Source of the DNA: a virus | IMG/VR virus record: IMGVR_UViG_3300050014_000823 | Span: 78,773-142,772 of that record | DNA length: 64,000 bases | Reading direction: 5' to 3' (one strand) | Shown here: piece by piece, positions 26,954-36,132 of the stretch | Layout: the number at the start of each line of letters is the position of its first letter | How positions within the stretch are numbered: position 1 is the stretch's first letter | Made by a program: the position numbers and the translations under genes | The notes under the pieces: model-generated | Databases searched by the model: none | The model's input: the letters and a program-made list of their open reading frames with translations, nothing else | What the model was told of the DNA's origin: nothing

Positions 26954-27841
26954 CTACAAATCCAGTGGATAAAAATTCTTCTTGAAGTTATTTGCAAGTA
27001 AATCCCGATACTGTTTATAGTCATCTTTGCCATTCTGATGCTTCGTCAGAAGAAATGTTAAAACTGCTTGATTTACTTCCTTATCCATTTTCAATTTCGT
27101 TCCTGCTGCTGATTTATCACCTAACAAATATAGTGCAATTTTCTTACAGAGTTCCAAATCAATGTCCTCAGTAGCAATCTTTTTCACAAAAAGGTCGGTA
27201 GGATACCACATTTTATACTTGGCACTGATGGTTTCGGCTTTCTTGCCTAACTTGGTCATATGATAGAAACTAATCACTATAATACCATGAGTCTCAGGCA
27301 CTACGAAGACTGTTGTTGGGTTTAATCCCATATGAGTATAGCCAACTTGACCAAACCACAATGAAATTTCGAACATCCTGGAAAACAGCCAATTAACGTG
27401 ATGTTGTGGTAATTTCTGTCCTGTTAAGGGCACTGCACGGTCTTTCAGATTTATTACGAGTTTGTCTTTTTCTAAGACCATACTTTCTGGCAGGTATCTT
27501 TTGAAATTGTCTGACGCTTTGTCATGAAGTGCCATTAAAGTATTGTAATTATTGACTGATTTAGTCAGCAGCTTACGATTGGCATCAGTCACGACATACT
27601 CAATGCGCTTTTCGAATACCTTGAATGGTCCGGTTTCATCAACATAAGGAGTACCATTTTCGATGACATCCTTATAGTGATTCATAATTGCCATTGCGTT
27701 GCTTGCGCCACTAAGACTACAAGCATCTGGGTGAATTAATTTACTGTAACGCAAATAATCCTTTTTCCAATCATCGGTAGAAAAAATGTCTGAGGGTTTC
27801 TTTGACTTAATTAGTTTGTCAACGAGTTCAACGTCTGTCAT
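26954..27841 (-). CDS. J-domain (HPD) protein with C-terminal kinase-like/unknown domain
   Basis: KKDYLRYSKLIHPDA (J-domain HPD motif); C-terminal GYTHMGLNPTTVFV...THGIIVISF loosely resembles kinase catalytic/activation loops but lacks the catalytic Asp. Confidence 0.45.
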   Translation of the reverse strand: MTDVELVDKLIKSKKPSDIFSTDDWKKDYLRYSKLIHPDACSLSGASNAMAIMNHYKDVIENGTPYVDETGPFKVFEKRIEYVVTDANRKLLTKSVNNYNTLMALHDKASDNFKRYLPESMVLEKDKLVINLKDRAVPLTGQKLPQHHVNWLFSRMFEISLWFGQVGYTHMGLNPTTVFVVPETHGIIVISFYHMTKLGKKAETISAKYKMWYPTDLFVKKIATEDIDLELCKKIALYLLGDKSAAGTKLKMDKEVNQAVLTFLLTKHQNGKDDYKQYRDLLANNFKKNFYPLDL

Positions 27842-28437
27842 TATGTTCGCTTTATTGAGTAGTTAAAAAATCTTTCTATTCTATATACTATATTGGGTGT
27901 TAGTCCACTATATGCATCACACTGAAAAAAGTTATATTGTTGCCAGAGCAACATATCCGAGTCATCGTCAATGATTGCATAACGGCTGAATTCGTGGCTG
28001 TGTACACCAAACCATTTTTGACAATTATCATCCAGCCATTTGTATATTTCAACACCACGTATTCTTTCATTGCAATATCCGGTTTTATCTATTATTGTAA
28101 ATGTACCGCCACAATAATTGAATATTTCCTGTAATTCTTCCGGAGTCCAACCACTTCTCATTGATGCTGAGAGGACTACAGCACTGTTGGTTCTTTCACA
28201 AAGTCCATTAAGCATGTCCATACGCATCGGACACATTTCACCTTTATAGTAATCCCACTTAGAAATTTCCTTTGTCTTAAGCATCTTCCGGAGATATTTC
28301 TTCACTGTCTTATAGAAAGGTATACCACTATATTGTGTCAAGTGTTTATACCTTTCAGTATAAAATAACTGACAATTCAAAACACCATCAACGTCCAAAA
28401 ACACCAAATTTTGAAATTTATTAAGTTCTGGTTCCAT
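27841..28437 (-). CDS. HAD-superfamily phosphatase (PNK 3'-phosphatase-like / HAD_SAK-like)
   Basis: motif I VFLDVDGVLN; 198 aa. Confidence 0.55.
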   Translation of the reverse strand: MEPELNKFQNLVFLDVDGVLNCQLFYTERYKHLTQYSGIPFYKTVKKYLRKMLKTKEISKWDYYKGEMCPMRMDMLNGLCERTNSAVVLSASMRSGWTPEELQEIFNYCGGTFTIIDKTGYCNERIRGVEIYKWLDDNCQKWFGVHSHEFSRYAIIDDDSDMLLWQQYNFFQCDAYSGLTPNIVYRIERFFNYSIKRT

Positions 28438-29230
28438 TTTTATATATATTATATTTACGCATTAAATAATATTTAAAATTATTGTCACCATAAATGTAAT
28501 TTAAAAATTTATCTGCACCTTTATATAGATACATTTTCCACACATTTGGCTTATTCTTAGAGACTTTGGTTCTTGACAATTCATTAATACCCATATCGGT
28601 CAATAAAATACCAATAAAGTCTAACACTTCTTTGGTTGAAATGAGACTTATTCGCAACTTTCCTTGATTTCGAAAACCAACTGACCCGTCACCATCAAAT
28701 AATCCCGCAATAAAATAAGAATAATATTCTTCATCAATCTTAGGAAATTCCAATGCATTGGTTTTATTTGATGTTATGCCCAAATTAATTAAATGTTCTA
28801 CAAACAACTCATTACCAATTTGAATTGAATATCCGGTATATGTTTTATTGGTTCGCTTATCGAAATTAGTTCTTATGCTAATAGCATGTTCTGCACCAAT
28901 AGCTTTCTTAAAATTTTCAATAACAATTAAATCTTTTGATATTAATGAAACTTTATTATTACTTTTCTTAATATTGCCATCCGCACAAATAAATCCAAGC
29001 CAATATGCTTTATCCGGAGAATTGATTTCCTTGAAATAGTCTATACTAAGTGCAAGATGACTCATATTCAATCTACTCTTTTTTTGTTTGGAGATACCGT
29101 TTCTCATTAAAATTAATCGAATTCCTGGTTGAGTTCTTCCGTACTTCAATGCAATTGATTTTTGTGACATTGTTTTGGATAATTCAATAATTTCCATTTC
29201 CAATGCTTTAGTTGCAGGTCTTGTTGTCAT
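28421..29230 (-). CDS. double-motif LAGLIDADG homing endonuclease
   Basis: AYWLGFICADGNI and SYFIAGLFDGDGSV. Confidence 0.8.
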   Translation of the reverse strand: MTTRPATKALEMEIIELSKTMSQKSIALKYGRTQPGIRLILMRNGISKQKKSRLNMSHLALSIDYFKEINSPDKAYWLGFICADGNIKKSNNKVSLISKDLIVIENFKKAIGAEHAISIRTNFDKRTNKTYTGYSIQIGNELFVEHLINLGITSNKTNALEFPKIDEEYYSYFIAGLFDGDGSVGFRNQGKLRISLISTKEVLDFIGILLTDMGINELSRTKVSKNKPNVWKMYLYKGADKFLNYIYGDNNFKYYLMRKYNIYKNGTRT

Positions 29231-29271
29231 AATAATCTTTTCATATAAATACGTTCCTACATCTAAAAAGA

Positions 29272-29541
29272 TTATATCAGTTCTAATTCTTCGTCAATTT
29301 CTAACTGCTGTTCTTCGAAGGTCTCAACTTTGCAGCTTTCACCGCAATAACTTTCGAATGTCAGTTGCAGTAATGCACGGAATTCATCGAGTTCAACTTG
29401 GTTATCAAAATAGAAATCTCCATCGAGTTTCCATTCACTGTCTTGAATCCCCACGGACATGTCGCCCGGAAGTTTAATGTAAAACCCAGTGATTTTCTGA
29501 ATCTTAGATGCGTTCTCTGCAATTTTATTGAACTTTTCCAT
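29272..29541 (-). CDS. hypothetical acidic protein
   Basis: start at MEKFNKIA downstream of promoter motif 29556-29587. Confidence 0.45.
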   Translation of the reverse strand: MEKFNKIAENASKIQKITGFYIKLPGDMSVGIQDSEWKLDGDFYFDNQVELDEFRALLQLTFESYCGESCKVETFEEQQLEIDEELELI

Positions 29542-29555
29542 GATTAAATTTTTCT

Positions 29556-29587
29556 GATTATACGTAAGCGATTGGATAATGTTACAA
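29556..29587 (-). promoter_or_regulatory. conserved phage promoter motif copy
   Basis: GATTATACGTAAGCGATTGGATAATGTTACAA. Confidence 0.6.
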
Positions 29588-29693
29588 AAATACACAAATA
29601 AATTTATAATACAATAATAATTTGCTAATGTCAAAAATTTTACTACATTTGTCCTATGAAGTTTACCTGTATATAATAATATGGTATATAAAC

Positions 29694-29760
29694 ACGATAA
29701 AAGAGAAATATGCAGTTAAAATACGATAAAATGATTTTATGTACAAAATAAACGATAAAA
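29694..29760. repeat. three direct repeats (A)ACGATAAAA spaced exactly 29 bp in a divergent intergenic region
   Basis: copies at 29694-29702, 29723-29731, 29752-29760. Confidence 0.55.
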
Positions 29761-29761
29761 A

Positions 29762-29792
29762 TTGTAACCTTTTATTTTTAAATTCGTATAAT
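29762..29792 (+). promoter_or_regulatory. conserved phage promoter motif copy (plus orientation)
   Basis: TTGTAACCTTTTATTTTTAAATTCGTATAAT, 10 nt before ATG 29803. Confidence 0.55.
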
Positions 29793-29802
29793 GGTGTGAA
29801 GT

Positions 29803-30012
29803 ATGGAAGAAATTAGAAAACATATCGAAGAAAATCTCAACGATGCCAAAAGAGAGTATGATAATATCTACTATCATTATGAGCAAGCCAAGGAAGCCAT
29901 GCAACGTGCTAAAACGGAAATGGAATCCCTACAAGAATCATGTGTGAAGGTGAGAAATAAAATGGTATATTTTGAAAAATTATTAAATGAACTAAATGAT
30001 AATGAAATATGA
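29803..30012 (+). CDS. hypothetical coiled-coil protein
   Basis: 69 aa. Confidence 0.4.
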   Translation: MEEIRKHIEENLNDAKREYDNIYYHYEQAKEAMQRAKTEMESLQESCVKVRNKMVYFEKLLNELNDNEI

Positions 30013-30200
30013 ACGAAGTAGTAAAAATTAACGAAGGAGCATGGGTATTGATAGGTTTTGTTGCATTCATTGCAGTTATATTCATATTATTATACATGAA
30101 TGCTAATGGTGCATTTAAGAATAAAAACACTAAAAGTGCATCAGATGGATTTGCTAAAGAATTTAAAAAAAGACCAGATGAAAAACATCACACGACTTAA
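30009..30200 (+). CDS. small membrane protein
   Basis: 63 aa, 1 TM. Confidence 0.4.
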   Translation: MNEVVKINEGAWVLIGFVAFIAVIFILLYMNANGAFKNKNTKSASDGFAKEFKKRPDEKHHTT

Positions 30201-30878
30201 TTGAAGATACTCAGTATTTATATTAAATTTTCAACCATGTACATATATAAAATAACCAATAATATTAACCAAAAAATTTACATCGGGAAACACGCATCCA
30301 AAAGAAAGTGTTATTGGGGTTCAGGTAAATTAATAAAATTGGCAATTAAAAAACATGGAATAGAAAATTTTACCAAAGAAATTATTGAAACTTGTGACAA
30401 TGAAGAGCAATTATCAATTCGTGAAATTTTTTGGATAGAATATTATGGCTCAAGAAACAGATTAATTGGGTATAATATTACAGAGGGTGGTGACGGTAAT
30501 AAAGCAATATGTAATGGATTTTGGCGTGATAAAAAATTGAGTGATGAACATAGAAAAAACATATCTAAGCATCATGCAGATGTCACCGGAGATAAAAATC
30601 CAATGTTTGGAAAGACACAAGCTAATTCGGTAAAAGAGAATTTAAAGAAGATAAAAACCGGTTTAAATTATTCAAACGAAACTAAATTAAAACATTCAAA
30701 AAGAACAAAAGGTAGTAATAATCCAAATTCCAAGTTAAATGATGTAATTGTATTAAATATAAGAAAAGAATATAGTGATGGAATAAGCACAAATGACCTT
30801 GCAAAAAAATATGGTGTAAATAAACCGTGTATATGGAAAATAGTACACAATTATACTTGGAAACATTTAAAACAATAA
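30201..30878 (+). CDS. GIY-YIG homing endonuclease with NUMOD3 motifs and C-terminal HTH
   Basis: MYIYKITNNINQKIYIGKH...R; SDEHRKNISKHH. Confidence 0.8.
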   Translation: MKILSIYIKFSTMYIYKITNNINQKIYIGKHASKRKCYWGSGKLIKLAIKKHGIENFTKEIIETCDNEEQLSIREIFWIEYYGSRNRLIGYNITEGGDGNKAICNGFWRDKKLSDEHRKNISKHHADVTGDKNPMFGKTQANSVKENLKKIKTGLNYSNETKLKHSKRTKGSNNPNSKLNDVIVLNIRKEYSDGISTNDLAKKYGVNKPCIWKIVHNYTWKHLKQ

Positions 30879-30880
30879 AT

Positions 30881-31450
30881 ATGAATACAACATTTAAAAA
30901 TTTAAGAGAAATTGCACGTAAACAATACAATGATTCTAATTGTAGTTATGGTGATGGTGAATATATGATTCATATTGATATGGTGAGCGATTTTCTTTTT
31001 AATCACATTGCAGTATTTAAAACACTTAATGATGCCGAAAACACATTAAATGCATCGCTTTTTCACGATAGCATGGAAGATGCCAAACAAACCTATAACG
31101 ATATTTGTATGGTTGCAGGTAAAGACGTTGCCGACATTACATTAGGTGTAACCGATGTACCTGCCGAAAACCGTCTGATGAAGCATTTGCTAACAATGGG
31201 TAAAACTGTTCGTGACTATCGTGCAATCATACTGAAAATGGCTGATATGTATTCAAATGCCAAGTACAGTAAGCAAAGTGGCAGTACTATGTATGTAAAG
31301 TATGTTGCAGAGTACCGCTATCGTAAGCCAATATTTGAAATGGCATTAAGTTGGTACAAGAACGACCTTAACCAAGAAGTACTTGCTGTCATTTGGAAAG
31401 AACTTGACGAAATTCACACACCAGATAATTTTGTTCTTAAAACGATATAG
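30881..31450 (+). CDS. HD-domain phosphohydrolase
   Basis: MIHIDM...LFHDSMED...D spacing typical of HD domains; start at Met19 to avoid overlap. Confidence 0.5.
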   Translation: MNTTFKNLREIARKQYNDSNCSYGDGEYMIHIDMVSDFLFNHIAVFKTLNDAENTLNASLFHDSMEDAKQTYNDICMVAGKDVADITLGVTDVPAENRLMKHLLTMGKTVRDYRAIILKMADMYSNAKYSKQSGSTMYVKYVAEYRYRKPIFEMALSWYKNDLNQEVLAVIWKELDEIHTPDNFVLKTI

Positions 31451-31498
31451 GGTATGCCGAAAACCTCATAGAGTAGGCACAATTAATACACATTAAAC

Positions 31499-32518
31499 AT
31501 GTTGTTATTTAAAATTTTAGCTTGGCTCATATTAATTTATGGGATTGTTGCACTCATCCTGCGCACAGTAAAGGTTGTTAATGAAGTCCCGGATGGTGAC
31601 AAAGACAGCTACGGCAGACAGAAAACCAAAAAAGTCAGTGAAAGCATCAAATTGCCATTCGCAATTCCTTCACTTATTTTAGGTTTAATTACTGCTGTTA
31701 CTCTTGCACTTGTTACAATCGTTGGCGCACAGGAAGTTGGCGTTATTACTACCCCGCAGGGAGTCGTAGAACAGCCGTTACACACTGGTTGGCATATGGT
31801 GATGCCTTGGAATAAAGTTCATTTTATGGACAAAACCGTATGGGTATATACTTGTGCACAAGCCATTAAAGAAGGCGCAAAGCCTAATGCAGACGCAATC
31901 TGGGCACCGACTAAGGACGGTATTAAGATGGGTTTTGACGTATCAGTTTCATGGAGAATTGTCGGTAATGAAGCACCGTGGATTTATCAGAACGTAACTG
32001 AGAATGATGGTGGTAATTCAGGTAGATATATTTGGCTCGAAGAAAACGTAATCAGACCCAAATTAAAATCCGCTATGGCATTAACAGTATCTAACTACAC
32101 CCCTATCGAAGCCTACAGTACCAAAAGACAGGACATTCAGAACGATATTCTTAATCGTATGATTGCCGAATGTAAGCAGTACAAGTTGCAGATTGACAAC
32201 GTTGACGTAAGAGAGGTTTACTACAACCCCGAATACGAAACATCAATCAACAACAAGAAACTTGCAGAACAGGAAGCATTACGTCTTGTGGAAGTTACCA
32301 AACAGCGTGAGGAACTTAAGAAACAGGAAGCCATCAACAAGGATATCGCTATCTTGAAGGCAGAAGGTGAAGCTAAGTCATTACAGATTAAAGGTAACTC
32401 AATCTCTAACAACCCGAAGATTATCCAGCTTGAGTGGGTAAACAAATGGGATGGAAAATTACCTATCTACATGATGGGTGATGCGCAGAGTGTCATGATG
32501 AACATGAATAATAAATAG
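31499..32518 (+). CDS. SPFH/band-7 (stomatin/prohibitin-like) membrane protein
   Basis: N-terminal TM, SPFH core, C-terminal coiled coil AEQEALRLVEVTKQREELKKQEA. Confidence 0.7.
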   Translation: MLLFKILAWLILIYGIVALILRTVKVVNEVPDGDKDSYGRQKTKKVSESIKLPFAIPSLILGLITAVTLALVTIVGAQEVGVITTPQGVVEQPLHTGWHMVMPWNKVHFMDKTVWVYTCAQAIKEGAKPNADAIWAPTKDGIKMGFDVSVSWRIVGNEAPWIYQNVTENDGGNSGRYIWLEENVIRPKLKSAMALTVSNYTPIEAYSTKRQDIQNDILNRMIAECKQYKLQIDNVDVREVYYNPEYETSINNKKLAEQEALRLVEVTKQREELKKQEAINKDIAILKAEGEAKSLQIKGNSISNNPKIIQLEWVNKWDGKLPIYMMGDAQSVMMNMNNK

Positions 32519-32532
32519 AGTTTCCCGGCATA

Positions 32533-32567
32533 AGAAAGAGGATGATGAAAATCACCCTCTTTTTTTA
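32533..32567 (+). terminator. rho-independent terminator
   Basis: AGAGGatgatgaaaatcacCCTCT + T7. Confidence 0.55.
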
Positions 32568-32570
32568 TGT

Positions 32571-32615
32571 AAAAATGAGTGAGAATAACGCATTGCTACA
32601 TTATGAACTCACTCA
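32571..32615 (-). terminator. rho-independent terminator for the convergent minus-strand gene
   Basis: GAGTGAG...CTCACTC stem followed by T-run on minus strand. Confidence 0.45.
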
Positions 32616-32641
32616 CCCTCTGAAAACAAAAAAAAATTGTT

Positions 32642-32827
32642 TTAGATGTGTGCACCGCCTAAATAGGCAAAAACCCCAAACACCTTAAGTAGCCAAAGGA
32701 TAACAGCAATTACTGCAACAATGTTGAATATTTGCTTGATTTTTCCATCCATAGGAATGTAGTTGTTGACTGCCCACATGAGAAGTCCAACACAAATTAA
32801 TACGATTAAAACTGTAAGTACTGGCAT
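32642..32827 (-). CDS. small membrane protein (2 TM)
   Basis: 61 aa. Confidence 0.4.
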   Translation of the reverse strand: MPVLTVLIVLICVGLLMWAVNNYIPMDGKIKQIFNIVAVIAVILWLLKVFGVFAYLGGAHI

Positions 32828-32831
32828 GTTT

Positions 32832-33143
32832 TTAATTTTTTATTTTTTTAAAGTTATTTTTGTTGTAGTTCTTCCACCACGAACAATTCCTACTATTACT
32901 GCAACGCATGCAATAACAAGAAGAGCGTGAATTAACCGTTACAATAGAGTCTTTTGGAAATGTTCCATTACCAATGGTTGTCCCACCAAGAACTGGATTT
33001 GACGATAATGCTACCGTATATTCCACCTTTGGTGTAGGGCATATTCCAACGAGTTCGTTGAAATTGTCTTTTTTACATGTGACAAGCATAATCAGTGCAA
33101 TGAATGACATTGCAATGAATGCCAATAATTTTTTTGTTTTCAT
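32832..33143 (-). CDS. putative lipoprotein
   Basis: MKTKKLLAFIAMSFIALIMLVTC lipobox-like signal; upstream part of longer ORF judged non-coding. Confidence 0.45.
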   Translation of the reverse strand: MKTKKLLAFIAMSFIALIMLVTCKKDNFNELVGICPTPKVEYTVALSSNPVLGGTTIGNGTFPKDSIVTVNSRSSCYCMRCSNSRNCSWWKNYNKNNFKKIKN

Positions 33144-33357
33144 TTTTGTGTGTATTAAACTACAATTATTTGTATATTGTGTTGCAGTTGACAGAGATAG
33201 AGAAATTGAGCAGGGTATGGATACAACATATACTATAAATAGAAAATCGACCAAGATAAAAGTTACATAATTCCGATATAATGTTACATGATTCACACAT
33301 TTGAAAATTGTTTGCATATTTCAAATTTATAATTACCTTTACGCAAAATAATTAAAA

Positions 33358-33921
33358 ATGGAAACCGCAGATACAAAAAGATTAGGTCACGTAATGGTAG
33401 ACCTTGAAACAATGGGAAACAAAAGTAATTCTGTTATTTGCTCACTCGGTGCTGTCGAATTTGACATCAACACAGGTGAACTTGGCAGAGAATTCTACAC
33501 AAGAGTCGATATGCAATCCTGCCTTGACAGAGGCTTAATTGTCAATGCTGATACTATTGAATGGTGGCTCATGCAGAGCGAAAGTGCACGTAAGAAAGTT
33601 ACAGAAGGTATTGGTAAGAATCTTGCACAGGCACTCTATGAATTCAAACTTTATCTCGAACAACTCGGTGCGAACACTGTTCAACTTTGGGGGAATGGTG
33701 TACGTTTTGACATGGGTATTCTCGAAGATGCTTACAGAGCATGCAACTTAAAAGAACCCTGGAATTTCAGATGCGAAAGAGACGTGAGAACACTTGTTTC
33801 TTTTGCTCCAGAAGTAAAAGACCACTTTCCAAAATTCGGTACTGAGCACAATCCAATTGACGACTGCAAGTATCAAATCGGCTATTGCACAGCGATTTGG
33901 CAAAACTTAAAAGGAATTTAA
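33358..33921 (+). CDS. DEDDh 3'-5' exonuclease (DnaQ-like; T4 DexA-like)
   Basis: Exo I VMVDLETMG, Exo III HNPIDDCKYQ. Confidence 0.7.
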   Translation: METADTKRLGHVMVDLETMGNKSNSVICSLGAVEFDINTGELGREFYTRVDMQSCLDRGLIVNADTIEWWLMQSESARKKVTEGIGKNLAQALYEFKLYLEQLGANTVQLWGNGVRFDMGILEDAYRACNLKEPWNFRCERDVRTLVSFAPEVKDHFPKFGTEHNPIDDCKYQIGYCTAIWQNLKGI

Positions 33922-33926
33922 TAATT

Positions 33927-33952
33927 AAGCAGGAAAATTTTCCTGCTTTTTT
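33927..33952 (+). terminator. rho-independent terminator
   Basis: AAGCAGGAAAATTTTCCTGCTTTTTT. Confidence 0.65.
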
Positions 33953-33982
33953 GTAACATTTTCATTTCCTTTACGTATAATC
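33951..33982 (+). promoter_or_regulatory. conserved phage promoter motif copy
   Basis: TTGTAACATTTTCATTTCCTTTACGTATAATC; ATG only 6 nt after the -10, so near-leaderless. Confidence 0.6.
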
Positions 33983-33986
33983 ACGC

Positions 33987-34781
33987 ATGGCAAAGAGAAA
34001 ACCTATAGACCCCGAAGTACGCAAAAAAGAAATGCTTGAAACAGAGTGTAGAGAAATGCGTGAAATGATTGTTGTTGGTATCTTACCACTCAACCCTACG
34101 AGATTTTTCGCTGTTGGCGAAAGAGTACAGTGGGGAGCATTGGAAGAAACCTACATCAGACAAATCTTTGAAGGTGGCGTATATTATCTCATTGAAAGTA
34201 TAAATGTTAAACGTTACAGAGACCAACCCGGTGAAAATGAAATTCGTTACATGGGATGGATTGACCTTTACAAATACAATCAACGTCAACCCACAAATTT
34301 TGCCAAACCCGAAGAACATCGTATAAATTATCTCAACTCAGGAATATCTTCATTACTTAATATGGTGTATCATTCGGGAGTTGATTTTAATGTTGACTAT
34401 CAACGTGACCATGTATGGACTCTCGATGACAAGATTGCTTTAATTGACAGTATATTTGGCAATGTTGATATTGGCAAGTTTACGTTTGTTCAGCGTGATT
34501 TCCGTGTTGAGGGTAAAATTTATGAGATTCTTGACGGTAAGCAAAGACTCTCAACCATTGCAGAATTTGTCGAAGGCAGATTTTTATATCATGGTTATAC
34601 GTTTGCAGAATTAAGTGGTTATGATAAGCACAGGTTCGAAGCACACCCAATTTCTTGGGGATATTTGGAAAGACCAACTAAACGTGCTATATTTGAAACC
34701 TTTATTAAACTCAACACCTGCGGAAGACCGATGAAGAACGAAGATATTGACAAAGTAAAAAAATTATTGGATGAACTCTAA
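33987..34781 (+). CDS. DUF262 (ParB/Srx-fold, GmrSD N-terminal-like) protein without DUF1524 nuclease domain
   Basis: DYQRDHVW...LIDSIFGN..IG...LDGKQRLSTI matches DUF262 (QR..VW and DGQQR) motifs. Confidence 0.55.
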   Translation: MAKRKPIDPEVRKKEMLETECREMREMIVVGILPLNPTRFFAVGERVQWGALEETYIRQIFEGGVYYLIESINVKRYRDQPGENEIRYMGWIDLYKYNQRQPTNFAKPEEHRINYLNSGISSLLNMVYHSGVDFNVDYQRDHVWTLDDKIALIDSIFGNVDIGKFTFVQRDFRVEGKIYEILDGKQRLSTIAEFVEGRFLYHGYTFAELSGYDKHRFEAHPISWGYLERPTKRAIFETFIKLNTCGRPMKNEDIDKVKKLLDEL

Positions 34782-35253
34782 ACCCACATTCTTCCTTGAT
34801 ATGGATGGCGTTATGGTTACAGAAAGACAACTTTTTGACCAAATGCATCCCGAATTTCATTTGAGTTATTTCGACCCAGAATGTGTTCAGATATTAAATG
34901 AGATATTGTCAAACTTTACCGACTTCGACTTGATTTTATCCAGCGATTATCGGTATAATTACGAATTTGACATCATTAATAAAGCCTTTAAAGAATACGG
35001 AGTCAATGGCTTACTTTCCGATATTACCCCCAATCTATGGGGAGTAAGATATAAAAGCTATCAACAACTTGAAGAATGCCGTGCAGAAGAAATTCTTGCT
35101 TATGTCAAAGAGCATGAACTTACAAATTGGGTCGCAATTGATGACCTAAACCTTTCCCCTTGGATTCCCGATAACTTTGCCAGATGTACCGATTATACTC
35201 TGGGCATCAAGCAGAGTGGAGTTAAAGATAAAATTCTCAAAATCTTAATTTAA
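34771..35253 (+). CDS. HAD-superfamily phosphatase (second copy)
   Basis: motif I FFLDMDGVMV. Confidence 0.55.
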   Translation: MNSKPTFFLDMDGVMVTERQLFDQMHPEFHLSYFDPECVQILNEILSNFTDFDLILSSDYRYNYEFDIINKAFKEYGVNGLLSDITPNLWGVRYKSYQQLEECRAEEILAYVKEHELTNWVAIDDLNLSPWIPDNFARCTDYTLGIKQSGVKDKILKILI

Positions 35254-35257
35254 AACA

Positions 35258-35824
35258 ATGAAAAACGAAAAATTGGAACTTTTGTTGAACAAGATGGTCA
35301 CTTATGAAAAAAGTGAAAAACTTGTGTCTTTGGTGTTTTCTTATAAGGGTTTCCTTTATAAGAACGGCACAGATTCTTACTACATTAAGGTAGTTGAAAC
35401 CGAAGTCGGACCTACACAGCCTGGTCAGATAATCTATTTGAGCAAGGGTGATGAAGACCTCATTACTTTCGCTGCAAAGCCTAAACTTATGCGAGTAAGT
35501 TTAAAATCATGGCACTACAGACTCATGCAGTTCGTTCTCCGTGATAATACTCCAACACCACGAACCATGCAGAATGGTTGTCCGTATTTCTGGCTGTTGG
35601 TACTCTCAATGCTTGCATTACCTTTCGTACTGATTGGCAAAGGAATAAAAGGAATTTTCCTTGGTGTTATTGGCATTATCAGATGGTGTCTTAAATCGTT
35701 GGTTAACGGTTGGCTCCAGAGTATTGACGATGTTATGGCATACGAACTTTACTGGAGAGGTAATTACAGTAGCAATTATGGTGTAGCAATGCCGAAAACC
35801 GCTAAGTTATACTTCAAGGGTTAA
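35258..35824 (+). CDS. membrane protein (C-terminal TMs)
   Basis: 188 aa. Confidence 0.45.
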   Translation: MKNEKLELLLNKMVTYEKSEKLVSLVFSYKGFLYKNGTDSYYIKVVETEVGPTQPGQIIYLSKGDEDLITFAAKPKLMRVSLKSWHYRLMQFVLRDNTPTPRTMQNGCPYFWLLVLSMLALPFVLIGKGIKGIFLGVIGIIRWCLKSLVNGWLQSIDDVMAYELYWRGNYSSNYGVAMPKTAKLYFKG

Positions 35825-35916
35825 TCAACTGCTACGATAATATTTCACAAAATTATACAAAAATTAATAATAATTAACAAAATTTTTCGTACTTTTACAA
35901 AAAATATACTATTTAT

Positions 35917-36132
35917 ATGAAAAAGATTATTAAAATTATGGAAAATTTGAAAAACCAATCGTTGAAAGTTGTCCGTGTTGATAAACACGAATTCGAACTT
36001 GATAATGGTGATGTGTATCCAATACCTTTCGAATTGGATGTTGATGAAGATATCAGCGTTGAAGAATTTCAGAAGATTCTGGACTCTTCAAAAGAACTGA
36101 TGCTAAAGATACTTGAACAGTCAAATGAATAA
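35917..36132 (+). CDS. small acidic protein
   Basis: 71 aa. Confidence 0.35.
   Translation: MKKIIKIMENLKNQSLKVVRVDKHEFELDNGDVYPIPFELDVDEDISVEEFQKILDSSKELMLKILEQSNE

Noticed and set aside
23229-31450. Complete Z-genome (purZ-datZ-mazZ) cluster
   Set aside because: No MazG-like gene recognised. The PurA-like and HD genes are 6.5 kb apart and separated by unrelated genes. Kept only as a hypothesis in findings.
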